Assembly (NCBI GenBank): GCA_963717435.1
Contig: OY970332.1
Location: 224,001-288,000, forward strand
DNA: 64,000 bases
Direction: 5' to 3'
DNA from: an uncultured bacterium
GTDB taxonomy: Bacteria; Babelota; Babeliae; Babelales; Babelaceae
Part shown: positions 28,774-38,574 of the stretch, one piece after another
Position numbering within the stretch: position 1 is the stretch's first letter
Layout: each line of letters begins with the position of its first letter
Notes under the pieces: generated by a model
Seen by the model: the letters and a program-made list of their open reading frames with translations, nothing else
Databases searched by the model: none
What the model was told of the DNA's origin: nothing
Translations under genes and position numbers: made by a program

Positions 28774-29250
28774 TTAAATATCAAAAACAATTACAGCGTA
28801 CCAAGAATCGTCAGGTAATTTTGCCAGTTCAAGATCATGATAAGTGACAGCTTTGATCTCAAACGCTTCAAAGCCCGTTATTTTCACGCCGTATATTTTT
28901 GCTTTTAAATAAAAATTCTTGTCCCCAATTTTATTATTTATTAATTCAGGAAATTCAATCAAATCAGCTTTAAGGTAAGCCTCTTTATTATAATCAGAGA
29001 GATATAGTGCTTCAGAAAGAAAGTCGACAAGCAAATATTCTAGTTTATCAGATTTAACTTCTAGTTCATGAGTCACGCTAAGCTTGCTACATGTAATATT
29101 ATCGCCATTATATTTGCAAGCTGGCGAAATTGGTTTGATAGATTCGAACATCCCAAATAGAGCGTTTTCAAAAAGCTCTTTTAGATTTTTACCGTAAACT
29201 TTAATTTTAAAATCAGCAGTATGTGGCAATATCTCATATTTTTTTGTCAT
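28774..29250 (-). CDS. Archease
   Basis: YEILPHTAD N-terminus, EIKAVTYHDL, C-terminal VFDI. Confidence 0.95.
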   Translation of the reverse strand: MTKKYEILPHTADFKIKVYGKNLKELFENALFGMFESIKPISPACKYNGDNITCSKLSVTHELEVKSDKLEYLLVDFLSEALYLSDYNKEAYLKADLIEFPELINNKIGDKNFYLKAKIYGVKITGFEAFEIKAVTYHDLELAKLPDDSWYAVIVFDI

Positions 29251-29360
29251 AAAATTTTTCCAGAATAAATATTTACAAAAAATTTATCTAAATAATCTTG
29301 TAACATAAGTTTTTGAGTAAATATAATTTAAGTATATTTTTTAATTATGGGAGAAAATTT

Positions 29361-29777
29361 ATGTGGATAATATACGCGCTGTTGTCAGCATTTACCGCAG
29401 CATTAACAGCGATATTTGGAAAAATTGGGCTACACGAAATAGATACGACACTTGCAACAACAATAAGATCAATAATTATGGCTCTATTTTTGATAACAGT
29501 TGCCGGTATATCCGGAAAACTAAATTTTAACTTGTCTCAATGGGGCAACAAAGACATGATCGCAATTTTACTTTCAGCACTCGCAGGCGCCCTTTCTTGG
29601 CTATTTTATTTTGCTGCACTAAAACAGGCGCAAGCACAACAGGTTGCTGCGATAGACAGATTAAGTATTGTTTTTGTTGTTGTTTTAGCGTTTTTATTTT
29701 TAGGCGAATCATTAACTATATTTAAAATAACTGGGGCAGTTTTAATGGTAATCGGCGCAATCGCGATTATTAGTTAA
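29361..29777 (+). CDS. EamA/DMT family transporter (single repeat)
   Basis: MWIIYALLSAFTAALTAIFGKIGL, GALSWLFYFAALK, LGE. ATG at 29361 follows GGGAG. Confidence 0.9.
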   Translation: MWIIYALLSAFTAALTAIFGKIGLHEIDTTLATTIRSIIMALFLITVAGISGKLNFNLSQWGNKDMIAILLSALAGALSWLFYFAALKQAQAQQVAAIDRLSIVFVVVLAFLFLGESLTIFKITGAVLMVIGAIAIIS

Positions 29778-29794
29778 AAAATTATTTCAAAAAA

Positions 29795-29824
29795 ATGCGT
29801 TGACCAAAAATTTGATCAACGCAT
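29795..29824. terminator. Hairpin between convergent genes
   Basis: atgcgttga...tcaacgcat with an A-tract upstream. Confidence 0.55.
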
Positions 29825-29857
29825 GAAAATAACGCATGAAAAGTATTAGAACAAGAA

Positions 29858-30799
29858 CTAATTTTGTTCAGTATTTGCAGTATGTTCAGCAGGTCCAGTA
29901 GACTCACTGCAATAGTCAAAATTTGAAACAATAACCGTTTCTATAAACAGTTTTAACATATCTGGAGTTGCTTCGCTAAGTCTATCTATCACAATGCCAT
30001 CTTTAAAAACTAAAAAAACGGGCAATTTTTTTGCGTCATGTTGTTGAGCAAAGTCAGGAAACTTTGCAACGTCGATAGATAAAAACACCATCTCATCTTT
30101 ATATTTCAGCGATAACTCTCTAAGCGGCTCAACTATTTTTCTTGAACGCATCGATGCTTTCTTGCAACATTTAACTAAAATTAATCTGTTGCCACTAAAC
30201 TGAATTATTTTATCAAAATCCTGGAGCGCTTCTATGTCTATAACTTCAGTTTCCAAATTATCTACGACTTTGGTCTCGACATCATCTTCAAAATCGAAAT
30301 CATCGTCATAGTCACCAATATCAAAGATCTTATTTGAAACTGGGATTTCTGACTCAGGAGTTGGCAACTCAGTAACGTTGGCAGAAATATTTGGCGATTG
30401 TACACCTTCGTTTTTAACAACCTGCGTGGTTAATGGTTGCGCAGGCAATTGCGCAGCGACGGGCATCTCCGGTCTGGTTGTTGAACTATTTGGCGCAAAT
30501 CTTGACATATCAAAGTTAGAAGAAGAAAAACTGCTTGAAATTTTACTATTGATATTGGTCATGCGCCTATCAAAAATATCGCCATGTCTTTTACCGGAAT
30601 TTTCGCTTACATATGGCGAATATTTGTATCTGACGCCATTTGGAAGCTCTATATTTCTTGCGCCAGTATCACGAGCCCTTTGGCCCAGGCGATTCACTCT
30701 AGAAAATGATACCCCTCTGGGCGCCATACCAAAACATTGAAAACTAAAGAACAAATTAGCCACAATAAAGTATAATGTATATTGTTTTTGCTTTTGCAT
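29858..30799 (-). CDS. Secreted protein with disordered N-half and C-terminal thioredoxin-like fold lacking CxxC
   Basis: Signal-like N-terminus ending FG|MAP; VFLSIDV...LPVFLVFKDG; active-site position reads CCKKASMRS. Confidence 0.65.
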   Translation of the reverse strand: MQKQKQYTLYFIVANLFFSFQCFGMAPRGVSFSRVNRLGQRARDTGARNIELPNGVRYKYSPYVSENSGKRHGDIFDRRMTNINSKISSSFSSSNFDMSRFAPNSSTTRPEMPVAAQLPAQPLTTQVVKNEGVQSPNISANVTELPTPESEIPVSNKIFDIGDYDDDFDFEDDVETKVVDNLETEVIDIEALQDFDKIIQFSGNRLILVKCCKKASMRSRKIVEPLRELSLKYKDEMVFLSIDVAKFPDFAQQHDAKKLPVFLVFKDGIVIDRLSEATPDMLKLFIETVIVSNFDYCSESTGPAEHTANTEQN

Positions 30800-30843
30800 G
30801 TGTTATTCCAGATTTATAAAAATAGCTTATAAAAATTTTATAA

Positions 30844-31257
30844 CTATTTATCTTTATTTTCTTTAATATAAGCAGCAATTTGTTTAACTAATTGCTTTCC
30901 AGCTTTCTTTATAACAACTCCAATTTTGCCACCATTTTTGAAGTATATAACAGTTGGCAGCGATGAAACATGATATTTATTCGCAAGACCTCCAAACTTA
31001 TTTACTTCGATCGCGAAAATTTTAGCACCCTGAAGGTCTGTCGCCTCGGCAAATGCCTCTGATGTTCTTTGACAATGTTCGCAACCCGCTGAATAGAAAA
31101 TAGTCACAACAAATCCAGCGTTTTCACTTTCAACTTTATCCTTAAAGTCTGCCTCGCTAGTTATATTTGTTACTGGCCCAGTTAAAAACAACTCTTCACT
31201 TATTATTGAACTTGCGCTTGCAACTAAAATTGAACTCAAAAATAAAAACTTTTTCAT
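30844..31257 (-). CDS. Secreted thioredoxin-like protein
   Basis: Signal peptide; FYSAGCEHC; LPTVIYFKNG. Confidence 0.85.
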   Translation of the reverse strand: MKKFLFLSSILVASASSIISEELFLTGPVTNITSEADFKDKVESENAGFVVTIFYSAGCEHCQRTSEAFAEATDLQGAKIFAIEVNKFGGLANKYHVSSLPTVIYFKNGGKIGVVIKKAGKQLVKQIAAYIKENKDK

Positions 31258-31439
31258 GAGACTCTCCTATAAAAAATATAAAATTAAAACACTAATAATT
31301 ATCTATAGTAATTATCTGTAATTTTTATTAACACGAATTTTAAAATTTATAAATATAAAAATATAAATTATTTTATTTTTCTTTTTATATAAAAAATTGT
31401 GTGATAAGATTTTTTTAAACTAAAAAAAGGGAGTTTGCA

Positions 31440-31862
31440 ATGTGGTTCGTGTATGCACTTTTATCTGCGTTAAATTCAGCATTAGTAGCGATTTTTGCCA
31501 AAGTTGGGCTGCACTCAATTGAGCCCGTAAGAGGCATATCTTTAGGGTCGATAGTATTGGCTCTTTTTGGCTTAACTTTGGGAGTTATTTGTAATGGTTG
31601 GGCCATATTTCAAATTCCACCATGGTCGGTCAGAGATTGGCTCTTTTTTGGATTGGCGATAGTCGCCGGGGCTCTTTCTTGGTTATTTTATTTCATGGCA
31701 CTAAAAACTGGAACGCCTGCAGAAACAATTTCTGTAACAACGCTAAGTATAATATTTGTTATTTTTTTGAGCGCAATTTTCTTAAAAGAAGTAATAACAG
31801 CAAAAATGTTTGCCGGGGCATTTATGATGGTCGCTGGCGCTGCTCTTGTTATAATTAAATAA
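31440..31862 (+). CDS. EamA/DMT family transporter; paralog of 29361-29777
   Basis: MWFVYALLSA...AKVGL, GALSWLFYFMALK, FLKE. Confidence 0.9.
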   Translation: MWFVYALLSALNSALVAIFAKVGLHSIEPVRGISLGSIVLALFGLTLGVICNGWAIFQIPPWSVRDWLFFGLAIVAGALSWLFYFMALKTGTPAETISVTTLSIIFVIFLSAIFLKEVITAKMFAGAFMMVAGAALVIIK

Positions 31863-31863
31863 A

Positions 31864-32304
31864 TTACCAACCCTCTTCTATATATTGCCCAATGTTTGTT
31901 CTATAGCACATGATGGCGTGCCGAACATGTATAACTTCTGCTGGAATATTATCAAGTTCAAACCATTCTAAAAGATCATGTTTATCAGGTTCTTTATTAA
32001 ACGGCTCGCCGAGCCAGTTAGTGGCAGAAAAATAAAACGTAATATATTCTGAGCCATTTTTATTTCTTCTGTGAACAACATGCACAAATTTAAGATCTTC
32101 TGGACTTACGATAATTCCAAGCTCTTCTAAAGTTTCGCGCGCAAGGGCTTGACGAACGGTCTCGTTGCCATCAACGTGTCCGCCAGGAAATCCATAAAGC
32201 CCTCCGCCATAAATTTGTGGAGAACGCTTTAATAATAAAACTTTATTGTCTTTAATTAACAAAATTCCGGCAGCTAGCTTTGGAGAGAAGTTTTTATTTT
32301 CCAT
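31864..32304 (-). CDS. NUDIX hydrolase
   Basis: Nudix box GGHVDGNETVRQALARETLEELG. Confidence 0.93.
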   Translation of the reverse strand: MENKNFSPKLAAGILLIKDNKVLLLKRSPQIYGGGLYGFPGGHVDGNETVRQALARETLEELGIIVSPEDLKFVHVVHRRNKNGSEYITFYFSATNWLGEPFNKEPDKHDLLEWFELDNIPAEVIHVRHAIMCYRTNIGQYIEEGW

Positions 32305-32387
32305 AAATATTTTTATTTTACTTATAAATTGTTACTCTGTTTTAAGTTAGTTTATTAAAGCAAAAAAAAATTTAAAATAAAAATATT

Positions 32388-32819
32388 ATGAGCAAGCAGC
32401 TGAAAAATCTTCTTGAAAATATTATCAGTCCCGAATCAGACTGGAAGATTTGCCTGCTTTCAAGATGGCAAGAGGTTGTGGGAGGGCTCAAAACAAAAGT
32501 GCGTCTTGAAAAAATTAATGACGACACGCTAATAATTGGCGTTTATGATAGCGCTTGGATGCAAGAGATTTTTATGCTCTCTAATGTAATTTTACAAAAA
32601 GTTCACAAAGTTATCGGCAAAGATAAAATTAAAAAACTTAGATTTAAGCTGGTTGAAGAAAAAAAACTTGAATACAAAAATAAAAGTAACCCAGCCAGTA
32701 AAGAAAAAGCTTATAAAATAGAACCAAAATTCAAACGCGCGCTTGAAAATATTAAAGACACTCAGCTTCAGAATGTTCTTGAAAAGTATTTAATACAATG
32801 TCTTAATAATAAAATTTAA
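32388..32819 (+). CDS. DUF721/DciA-like protein
   Basis: WQEVVG...LIIGVYDSAWMQE...IKKLRF pattern. Confidence 0.7.
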   Translation: MSKQLKNLLENIISPESDWKICLLSRWQEVVGGLKTKVRLEKINDDTLIIGVYDSAWMQEIFMLSNVILQKVHKVIGKDKIKKLRFKLVEEKKLEYKNKSNPASKEKAYKIEPKFKRALENIKDTQLQNVLEKYLIQCLNNKI

Positions 32820-32839
32820 AAAAATTTTTAGGAGAGTTT

Positions 32840-34393
32840 GTGTTAAAATTAATTAAGTTATCTCTTATTTTATTAATCAGTTTATTTTTCTCAAATATCT
32901 CAAATACAACTTGTACAAGCCAAGAACAAGATAATTATCAAAATTTTTTTATGGGCGCATATAAGCACAGAACGGGAAAAACAAAAGCAGCCCAAGATAA
33001 CTTTGATAAATTTTTTGCCTCAAATAAAACTCCAAATAAGCAAGCTTATAGCGAATATTTGAATTTTTTGTTTGAAACAAAGCAATATAGCAAATTTGAA
33101 TCGGTTTTAAACTCTCATGCAGATATGTTCAAAGATGACGAGAAAATTCAACTTTACCATGCTGCTATCTTAAAAAATTTGGGTGCCAAACAAAAAGCGC
33201 AGTCTATATATCAAAATTTATCACGCCAGTTTCCACAAAACCAAGAAATTGCTTACGAACTTATTTTAAATCTCATAGAAGATAAAAACTACGATGCGGC
33301 GCTTAAAATTTTGCAAAAACTTTTACAAGAGAATATTGCTGCAAATGCAAATTATATTTTTCATCTAATAGCCTGCAAAATTTATATCTCGCTTGGGAAG
33401 TTAAGCTCAGCAAAAAGTTCTGTAGAATCAGCTTTAAATTTGTACCCGCAGTCGGGAGAAAGCTGGCTCATGTTTGCGCTAATAAATCAAGAATTAAACG
33501 ATCTTAACGATGCAATTTACGGTTATAGTAGATTTTTGGATATATCTGGAAAAAATAAATCTATAGAAAGTGAACTTTTAAAATTAAAACTTAGGCGTCA
33601 TTCACTTTCGCAATCGAATCTGGCTGAGAGCTTACTCGCATACAATTCAAAAAATTATAAGCAGGCGCTAATATATTTAGAAAATGTTTTGAAAGACGAC
33701 CCGGGCTCAATAGAAGCAAAACTTTTAAAAATCGAAATCTTAATAACTTTAGGTGATTTGCAAAAAGCCCTAAATATTATGGAAAAAGAGATAGAATCAG
33801 GTGAAAATGAAAAAATCTGGCTTGAATTATTATATTTGATATTTCAATATACAAAAGACACAAAAGATAAAAATCTTGTAATTAAAAATCTAAAACAAAT
33901 CTTAAAAAATACTGGTAAAAGCTTGCTGGTTAATTTATATGGCGCAGATATCTTTTTTAAAATCGATGATAATATTAATGGCATAAAATATGCAGAAAAA
34001 GCGCTTCGAAATACTGATAACTTAGAACTTAAATCAAAAATAATTTACCAGATTGCAACTATATATTATCAAGATAAAGATTACAAAAAGCTTAATAATA
34101 TACTTGATAAAAATATATTATTAAAAACAGATTACGCGCCGTTATTAAATTTAGCTGCTTATTATTTTGCTACCAAGGGAAAAAACTTAGAGCTTGCCCA
34201 AAAACTTCTTGATAAGGCTTTAAAAATCGATCCGAAAAATCTGCACTATTTAGATACTAAAGCTAAAATCTTGTATAAACAGAAAAAATATAAAGAAAGC
34301 TTGGAAATTCTTGAAAAAATAGCAAAACTATTACCTGAAGATAAATTTGTTAAAATTAATCTTGAAAAAACTAGAAGCAAGCTAGCAAATTAA
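32840..34393 (+). CDS. Tetratricopeptide repeat protein with signal peptide
   Basis: Repeated A..L.P helical motifs; LNLAAY...A..L..KAL.IDP...YLDT. Confidence 0.85.
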   Translation: MLKLIKLSLILLISLFFSNISNTTCTSQEQDNYQNFFMGAYKHRTGKTKAAQDNFDKFFASNKTPNKQAYSEYLNFLFETKQYSKFESVLNSHADMFKDDEKIQLYHAAILKNLGAKQKAQSIYQNLSRQFPQNQEIAYELILNLIEDKNYDAALKILQKLLQENIAANANYIFHLIACKIYISLGKLSSAKSSVESALNLYPQSGESWLMFALINQELNDLNDAIYGYSRFLDISGKNKSIESELLKLKLRRHSLSQSNLAESLLAYNSKNYKQALIYLENVLKDDPGSIEAKLLKIEILITLGDLQKALNIMEKEIESGENEKIWLELLYLIFQYTKDTKDKNLVIKNLKQILKNTGKSLLVNLYGADIFFKIDDNINGIKYAEKALRNTDNLELKSKIIYQIATIYYQDKDYKKLNNILDKNILLKTDYAPLLNLAAYYFATKGKNLELAQKLLDKALKIDPKNLHYLDTKAKILYKQKKYKESLEILEKIAKLLPEDKFVKINLEKTRSKLAN

Positions 34394-34399
34394 CGCATA

Positions 34400-34461
34400 C
34401 CCCGACCCTTCGATACATTCTTCTTCGCCAAGGCGTCGAAGAACACTCAGGGCGAGCGGGG
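34400..34461 (-). repeat. Dispersed palindromic element, copy 6 (CCCT/AGGG subtype)
   Basis: Reverse complement: ccccgctcgccctgagtg-ttcttc-gac-gccttggc-gaa-gaagaa-tgtatcgaagggtcgggg. Confidence 0.92.
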
Positions 34462-34522
34462 CTTACGAGCAAAAGTTTTTGCTAAATTTAAAAGTAAATT
34501 TAAAAACTTAATTAGAGAAAAT

Positions 34523-35524
34523 ATGGGGAAAAAATATATTTGCGCGGTTGCAGGAAAATCTGGCGGTCATATAATCCCGGCCCTGACTTTGTGCCAAGAT
34601 TTCTTAAAAGATAATAAAGATTTTGGTGTTATTTTTTTTACAACAAATTCAAAATTAGATTCTGAGATTTTATCAAACTATAATTTTATTAATAATCACA
34701 TAAAATTGGATATTAATAATTTGTCAAAAAACCCGATTAAACTATTTGGAGCTATTTTTGGCTTAATTTTAAGTTTTTTTTCAAGTCTTAAAGTATTAAA
34801 AAAAATTAAACCAGAAAAAATAATCTCAACTGGCGGGCTTGTGTCGATACCGGTTTGCATTGCCGCAAGACTACTTAAAATTCCTGTCGAACTTTACGAA
34901 CTTAACGCAATACCGGGCAAAGCTGCCAAATTATTAGCCAAATTTAATATTAAGATTTTTACTGTGTTTTCAAATACATGTAATTTGCTTAAGAACAAAA
35001 ACTGCAGCTTAGTAAATTACCCCGTGAGATTTACAAGTTCTGATATAATCCCCAAAAAACTAGCCTTAGAAAAACTAAATTTTTCTGAAAACAAAAAAAC
35101 TGTTTTAATTCTTGGCGGATCCCAAGGTTCAGTCTCGATAAACAATATTGTAAAAAGTTTTTTTGAAGCTCAAGCTTCTTCTGAAAAATATCAGGTTATT
35201 CACCAAACCGGAAAAACCCAAGTTGACGATCTAGAGAAATTTTACAACAAACATAAAATCACAAATCTGATATTTGATTTCAAACAAAATCTAGCAGATT
35301 ATTACTGTGCCTCTGATATTATTATCTCCCGAGCAGGTGCCGGTTCTATATTTGAGATTTTGTATTTTGCAAAAAACACAAAAAATAAAAAAGCTATAAT
35401 TATCCCGCTGGAAAATACTGCCGATAATCACCAAGTCGAAAACGCTCTGGCAATATACCGGCAGTATCCTGAAATATTTGTTGTTGAAAGACAGGGAAGT
35501 ATTAAGCCACAGAATCTAATTTAA
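34523..35524 (+). CDS. murG: MurG undecaprenyl-PP-MurNAc-pentapeptide GlcNAc transferase
   Basis: SGGHIIPA, TGGLVSIP, ELNAIPG, LGGSQGS, HQTG, SRAGAGS, HQVENA. Confidence 0.92.
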   Translation: MGKKYICAVAGKSGGHIIPALTLCQDFLKDNKDFGVIFFTTNSKLDSEILSNYNFINNHIKLDINNLSKNPIKLFGAIFGLILSFFSSLKVLKKIKPEKIISTGGLVSIPVCIAARLLKIPVELYELNAIPGKAAKLLAKFNIKIFTVFSNTCNLLKNKNCSLVNYPVRFTSSDIIPKKLALEKLNFSENKKTVLILGGSQGSVSINNIVKSFFEAQASSEKYQVIHQTGKTQVDDLEKFYNKHKITNLIFDFKQNLADYYCASDIIISRAGAGSIFEILYFAKNTKNKKAIIIPLENTADNHQVENALAIYRQYPEIFVVERQGSIKPQNLI

Positions 35525-36024
35525 TCATATCTGGGTTCAAAAAATTCTTGCTGCTGTTTTGCCAAAACAGCTTTTAATGCATCTTGCTCGCTTAAACGCC
35601 ACCATGCCATATCGGGCACGTCTGCTAGTCGTTGTCTTAATGAAATTATCAAGTTATCTTTTTCATCTAAGGCTTTGCTAATTGCATTAAGATCTAAAAT
35701 TGTTTCGGCATCTCGGACAGCAATTTTACTGCTATACTCATAAAATTTGTTACCGAGTTCATAATATTTTATTTTTTGCTCATTCATATCGATGCGCTGG
35801 CTAATTACGAACATAAGCAAAGCTGCTATTCCCAAGGTAACAACTGGGTTTTCACTGATCCATTCACCTGTTTCTTTGCAAAGTGTTTTCGCTTTTTGAA
35901 ATGCTTTTTGAAATACAGATAAATTTTGGGCCGGTTCTGAAATCTTGTTGCCCAACTCGAGATTATTGTTGCAATTTGCCATACTCACAGAGAATAGCAA
36001 AAATAATTTTAAAAATTTATGCAT
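35521..36024 (-). CDS. Hypothetical secreted/membrane protein
   Basis: Likely start MHKFLK at 36024 after GGAG; signal-like N-terminus, one TM helix, coiled coil. Confidence 0.65.
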   Translation of the reverse strand: MHKFLKLFLLFSVSMANCNNNLELGNKISEPAQNLSVFQKAFQKAKTLCKETGEWISENPVVTLGIAALLMFVISQRIDMNEQKIKYYELGNKFYEYSSKIAVRDAETILDLNAISKALDEKDNLIISLRQRLADVPDMAWWRLSEQDALKAVLAKQQQEFFEPRYD

Positions 36025-36159
36025 ATTTTTTCTCCATTTAGGTGTTATTTTACTTATATTTAATATAATAACATACCATTTTTTGGAGTCAAAAGCCCCC
36101 CTCATTTACTGCATAAATTACGGGCGGGCCCCATCTATTTTCAGGTTTGAGCCAGGTAG

Positions 36160-38049
36160 CTACTCAAGAATAGCTATGGAACCCTCGCTACCTTCAGAGA
36201 CTTTTTGGCCCGTATAAGGGTCAATAAACTGTTCGAGCAAATCAGAGTCGTACTTAAATGTTTTTCTTGTAGTCTCGATTTTGCGATTAAATTCGAGCCA
36301 TATTGGAAATGCAGTTCGAACTGCAAATACATTATCTCCCATGGGCTGATTATTATCCAAACCAATATAAACAGCTGTTGTTAATTCCGGCGTAGAGCCC
36401 GTGAACCAGCAGGACCTTGAATCATTAGTGGTTCCAGTTTTTCCAATTATTTCTGATTTGAGCCATTTCTCATTTAAGATTTTTGAAAATCTTGCCATGC
36501 TAATACTCAAAACTTTTGCAACCTGACTGTTAACTATTGGCAAAAGAGCCTGATGCATCTCGGGCTTTGCCTGAAATATTTTCCTGCCCAATTCGTCTTT
36601 AATATAGCTTATTATATAGGGCTTTATGTAAACGCCAGAATTCGCGTAAACATTAAACATTGCTGCAGACTGCAAAACAGTAGCGTCAACGCAGCCCAGA
36701 GCCAGTGACGGGTAAATATTATCGATTTTATCAAGACCAAATTTTGAGGCAAGATTTATAACTTTATCTATCCCAACCGATAATAATAACTTAATTGTAA
36801 CAATATTATTTGAGCGTGATAAAGCCTGCGCAAGAGTTATAGGGCCCTCAAATTCGTGATTAAAATTATTTGGTGACCAAGCCTTTCCATCAAATTCAAA
36901 AGTTGTCGGTTCATCGACAAGAACATCAGAAAATTTTGCCCCTGTTTCTATAGCTTTTGCATAAATTATGGGCTTAAATATAGAACCCATCTGTCGTTTT
37001 GCACTAATTGCCCTATTAAACTGGGATTTTCCATAATCTATCCCGCCAACCAAAGATCTAATAGCACCAGAATTAACATCTAAACATACGAGCCCGCCAT
37101 TCAGCTCAAGTTTTAATTTTGATCTTAAATTTTTAACTTGGGTATTAAAAACCTCTTGTGCAACTTTTTGTTTCTCTAAATTTATTGTCGTCTGAATTTT
37201 ATACCCACCTGAGTATAATTGCTTTTTTCCAATAATATTTTCAAGTAAATTTGTAATATACTCTCTCAAGTGGCCATTCAGTTTTTCGTCTACAATTTTT
37301 ATTTTAAGGTCAGAATTTTTGGCTTCTTGATATTCAGAATCTGTAATAGATTTTGTAAGTTTGTGCATAGAATTTAGAACAACATTTCTACGACTTTTTG
37401 CAAATTCAGGATTCGAAAGCGGACAATATTTTCCAGGGGATCTTACAATACCTGCTAGCGTAGCGGCTTGCGCTATTGTTATCTCTGCAACACTTACACC
37501 CCAGAATCTCTGACTCGCGGCCTCTACGCCATATATTCCGTGGCCAAAGCATATATGATTTAGATAAATTTCCAAAATCTGGCTTTTTGTAAACTGACGT
37601 TCAACAACTACCGCCAAAATTTGTTCTTTTATCTTTCTTGCGTAATTCTTCTTTGAGTTAAAAAAAAGTAATTTCACCAACTGCTGGGTTATGGTACTTG
37701 CGCCCTGAACTTTTTTTAAATGATATAGGTTAACAAGCATTGAACGGGCAATACCACGAAAAGAGATACCAGAATGGGAAAAAAACTTATGATCCTCGGC
37801 AGCCAAAAATGCATTTTTTACATGGTCTGGAATATCAGCAATATTAACAACATCGCGCCTATCAACCTGAAAACGCATGATCTCTTTGCCTGTTTCATCT
37901 AAAACTATGCTTGGCTTGCCAGGATTGTAATTTTCAAGCACAGAAAAATCAACAAATGGGTGATAAGCAATATAAAAAATAGCACCCGCTGCCATAAACG
38001 AACAAGTCAGAAAAGAATAAAAAAACAAAGAGAAAATTTTTCTAAGCAA
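36160..38049 (-). CDS. Class A penicillin-binding protein (PBP1A family)
   Basis: Transglycosylase motifs AEDHKFFSH, GASTITQQ, LEIYLN; transpeptidase motifs SIFK, SNN, KTGT. Confidence 0.95.
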   Translation of the reverse strand: MLRKIFSLFFYSFLTCSFMAAGAIFYIAYHPFVDFSVLENYNPGKPSIVLDETGKEIMRFQVDRRDVVNIADIPDHVKNAFLAAEDHKFFSHSGISFRGIARSMLVNLYHLKKVQGASTITQQLVKLLFFNSKKNYARKIKEQILAVVVERQFTKSQILEIYLNHICFGHGIYGVEAASQRFWGVSVAEITIAQAATLAGIVRSPGKYCPLSNPEFAKSRRNVVLNSMHKLTKSITDSEYQEAKNSDLKIKIVDEKLNGHLREYITNLLENIIGKKQLYSGGYKIQTTINLEKQKVAQEVFNTQVKNLRSKLKLELNGGLVCLDVNSGAIRSLVGGIDYGKSQFNRAISAKRQMGSIFKPIIYAKAIETGAKFSDVLVDEPTTFEFDGKAWSPNNFNHEFEGPITLAQALSRSNNIVTIKLLLSVGIDKVINLASKFGLDKIDNIYPSLALGCVDATVLQSAAMFNVYANSGVYIKPYIISYIKDELGRKIFQAKPEMHQALLPIVNSQVAKVLSISMARFSKILNEKWLKSEIIGKTGTTNDSRSCWFTGSTPELTTAVYIGLDNNQPMGDNVFAVRTAFPIWLEFNRKIETTRKTFKYDSDLLEQFIDPYTGQKVSEGSEGSIAILE

Positions 38050-38148
38050 TTTTGTCCCAGTAAACTTATTTGAAGAAATTTGTTTTAGCCAGTAAATTGT
38101 AACTATTATTAACTATTTTTAAATAAGTATAAATATTTTAAAAATTTT

Positions 38149-38574
38149 ATGAACAAAGCAAATAATCTAAACCTGAGCCCCTATTTTATCGCAACTGCTA
38201 TATTTATCGCAGATCTGATATTTATGTCATTATCAGGTAGGCCGTTTACATATATGACAAGAGAAGCTTATTATCTTGACTGCTTTGACCAGATTTCTAT
38301 ACCCAGGAGAATATTTTTTTTGCTGTTGGTTATAACCCAGTCACTTATATTTGGCTTTCGCCTGTTTTATGACTTTATATTAATAATTATAATTAATTTA
38401 TTGGGGTTAGTTTTTGCTAAATTTATAAACCATTCTTATCTGTCAGGCTATCTCATAGCCTCAGGATTAATGCTTATTACGGGTATCTTTTTAAAGCTAC
38501 CATGGACAATTTTAAGCGTAACTGTTAATCTAATTTTAATATATTTTGTAATAAAATATCTCAAGGCAACCTAG
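38149..38574 (+). CDS. Hydrophobic membrane protein (possibly MreD-like)
   Basis: 141 aa with about 5 TM segments; no diagnostic motif seen. Confidence 0.5.
   Translation: MNKANNLNLSPYFIATAIFIADLIFMSLSGRPFTYMTREAYYLDCFDQISIPRRIFFLLLVITQSLIFGFRLFYDFILIIIINLLGLVFAKFINHSYLSGYLIASGLMLITGIFLKLPWTILSVTVNLILIYFVIKYLKAT

Noticed and set aside
36085-36160. GC-rich segment after PBP1A as SRP or 6S RNA
   Set aside because: No SRP domain IV motif seen. It can form an imperfect hairpin with a T-run on the minus strand, so it may be only a terminator; not enough support to call.
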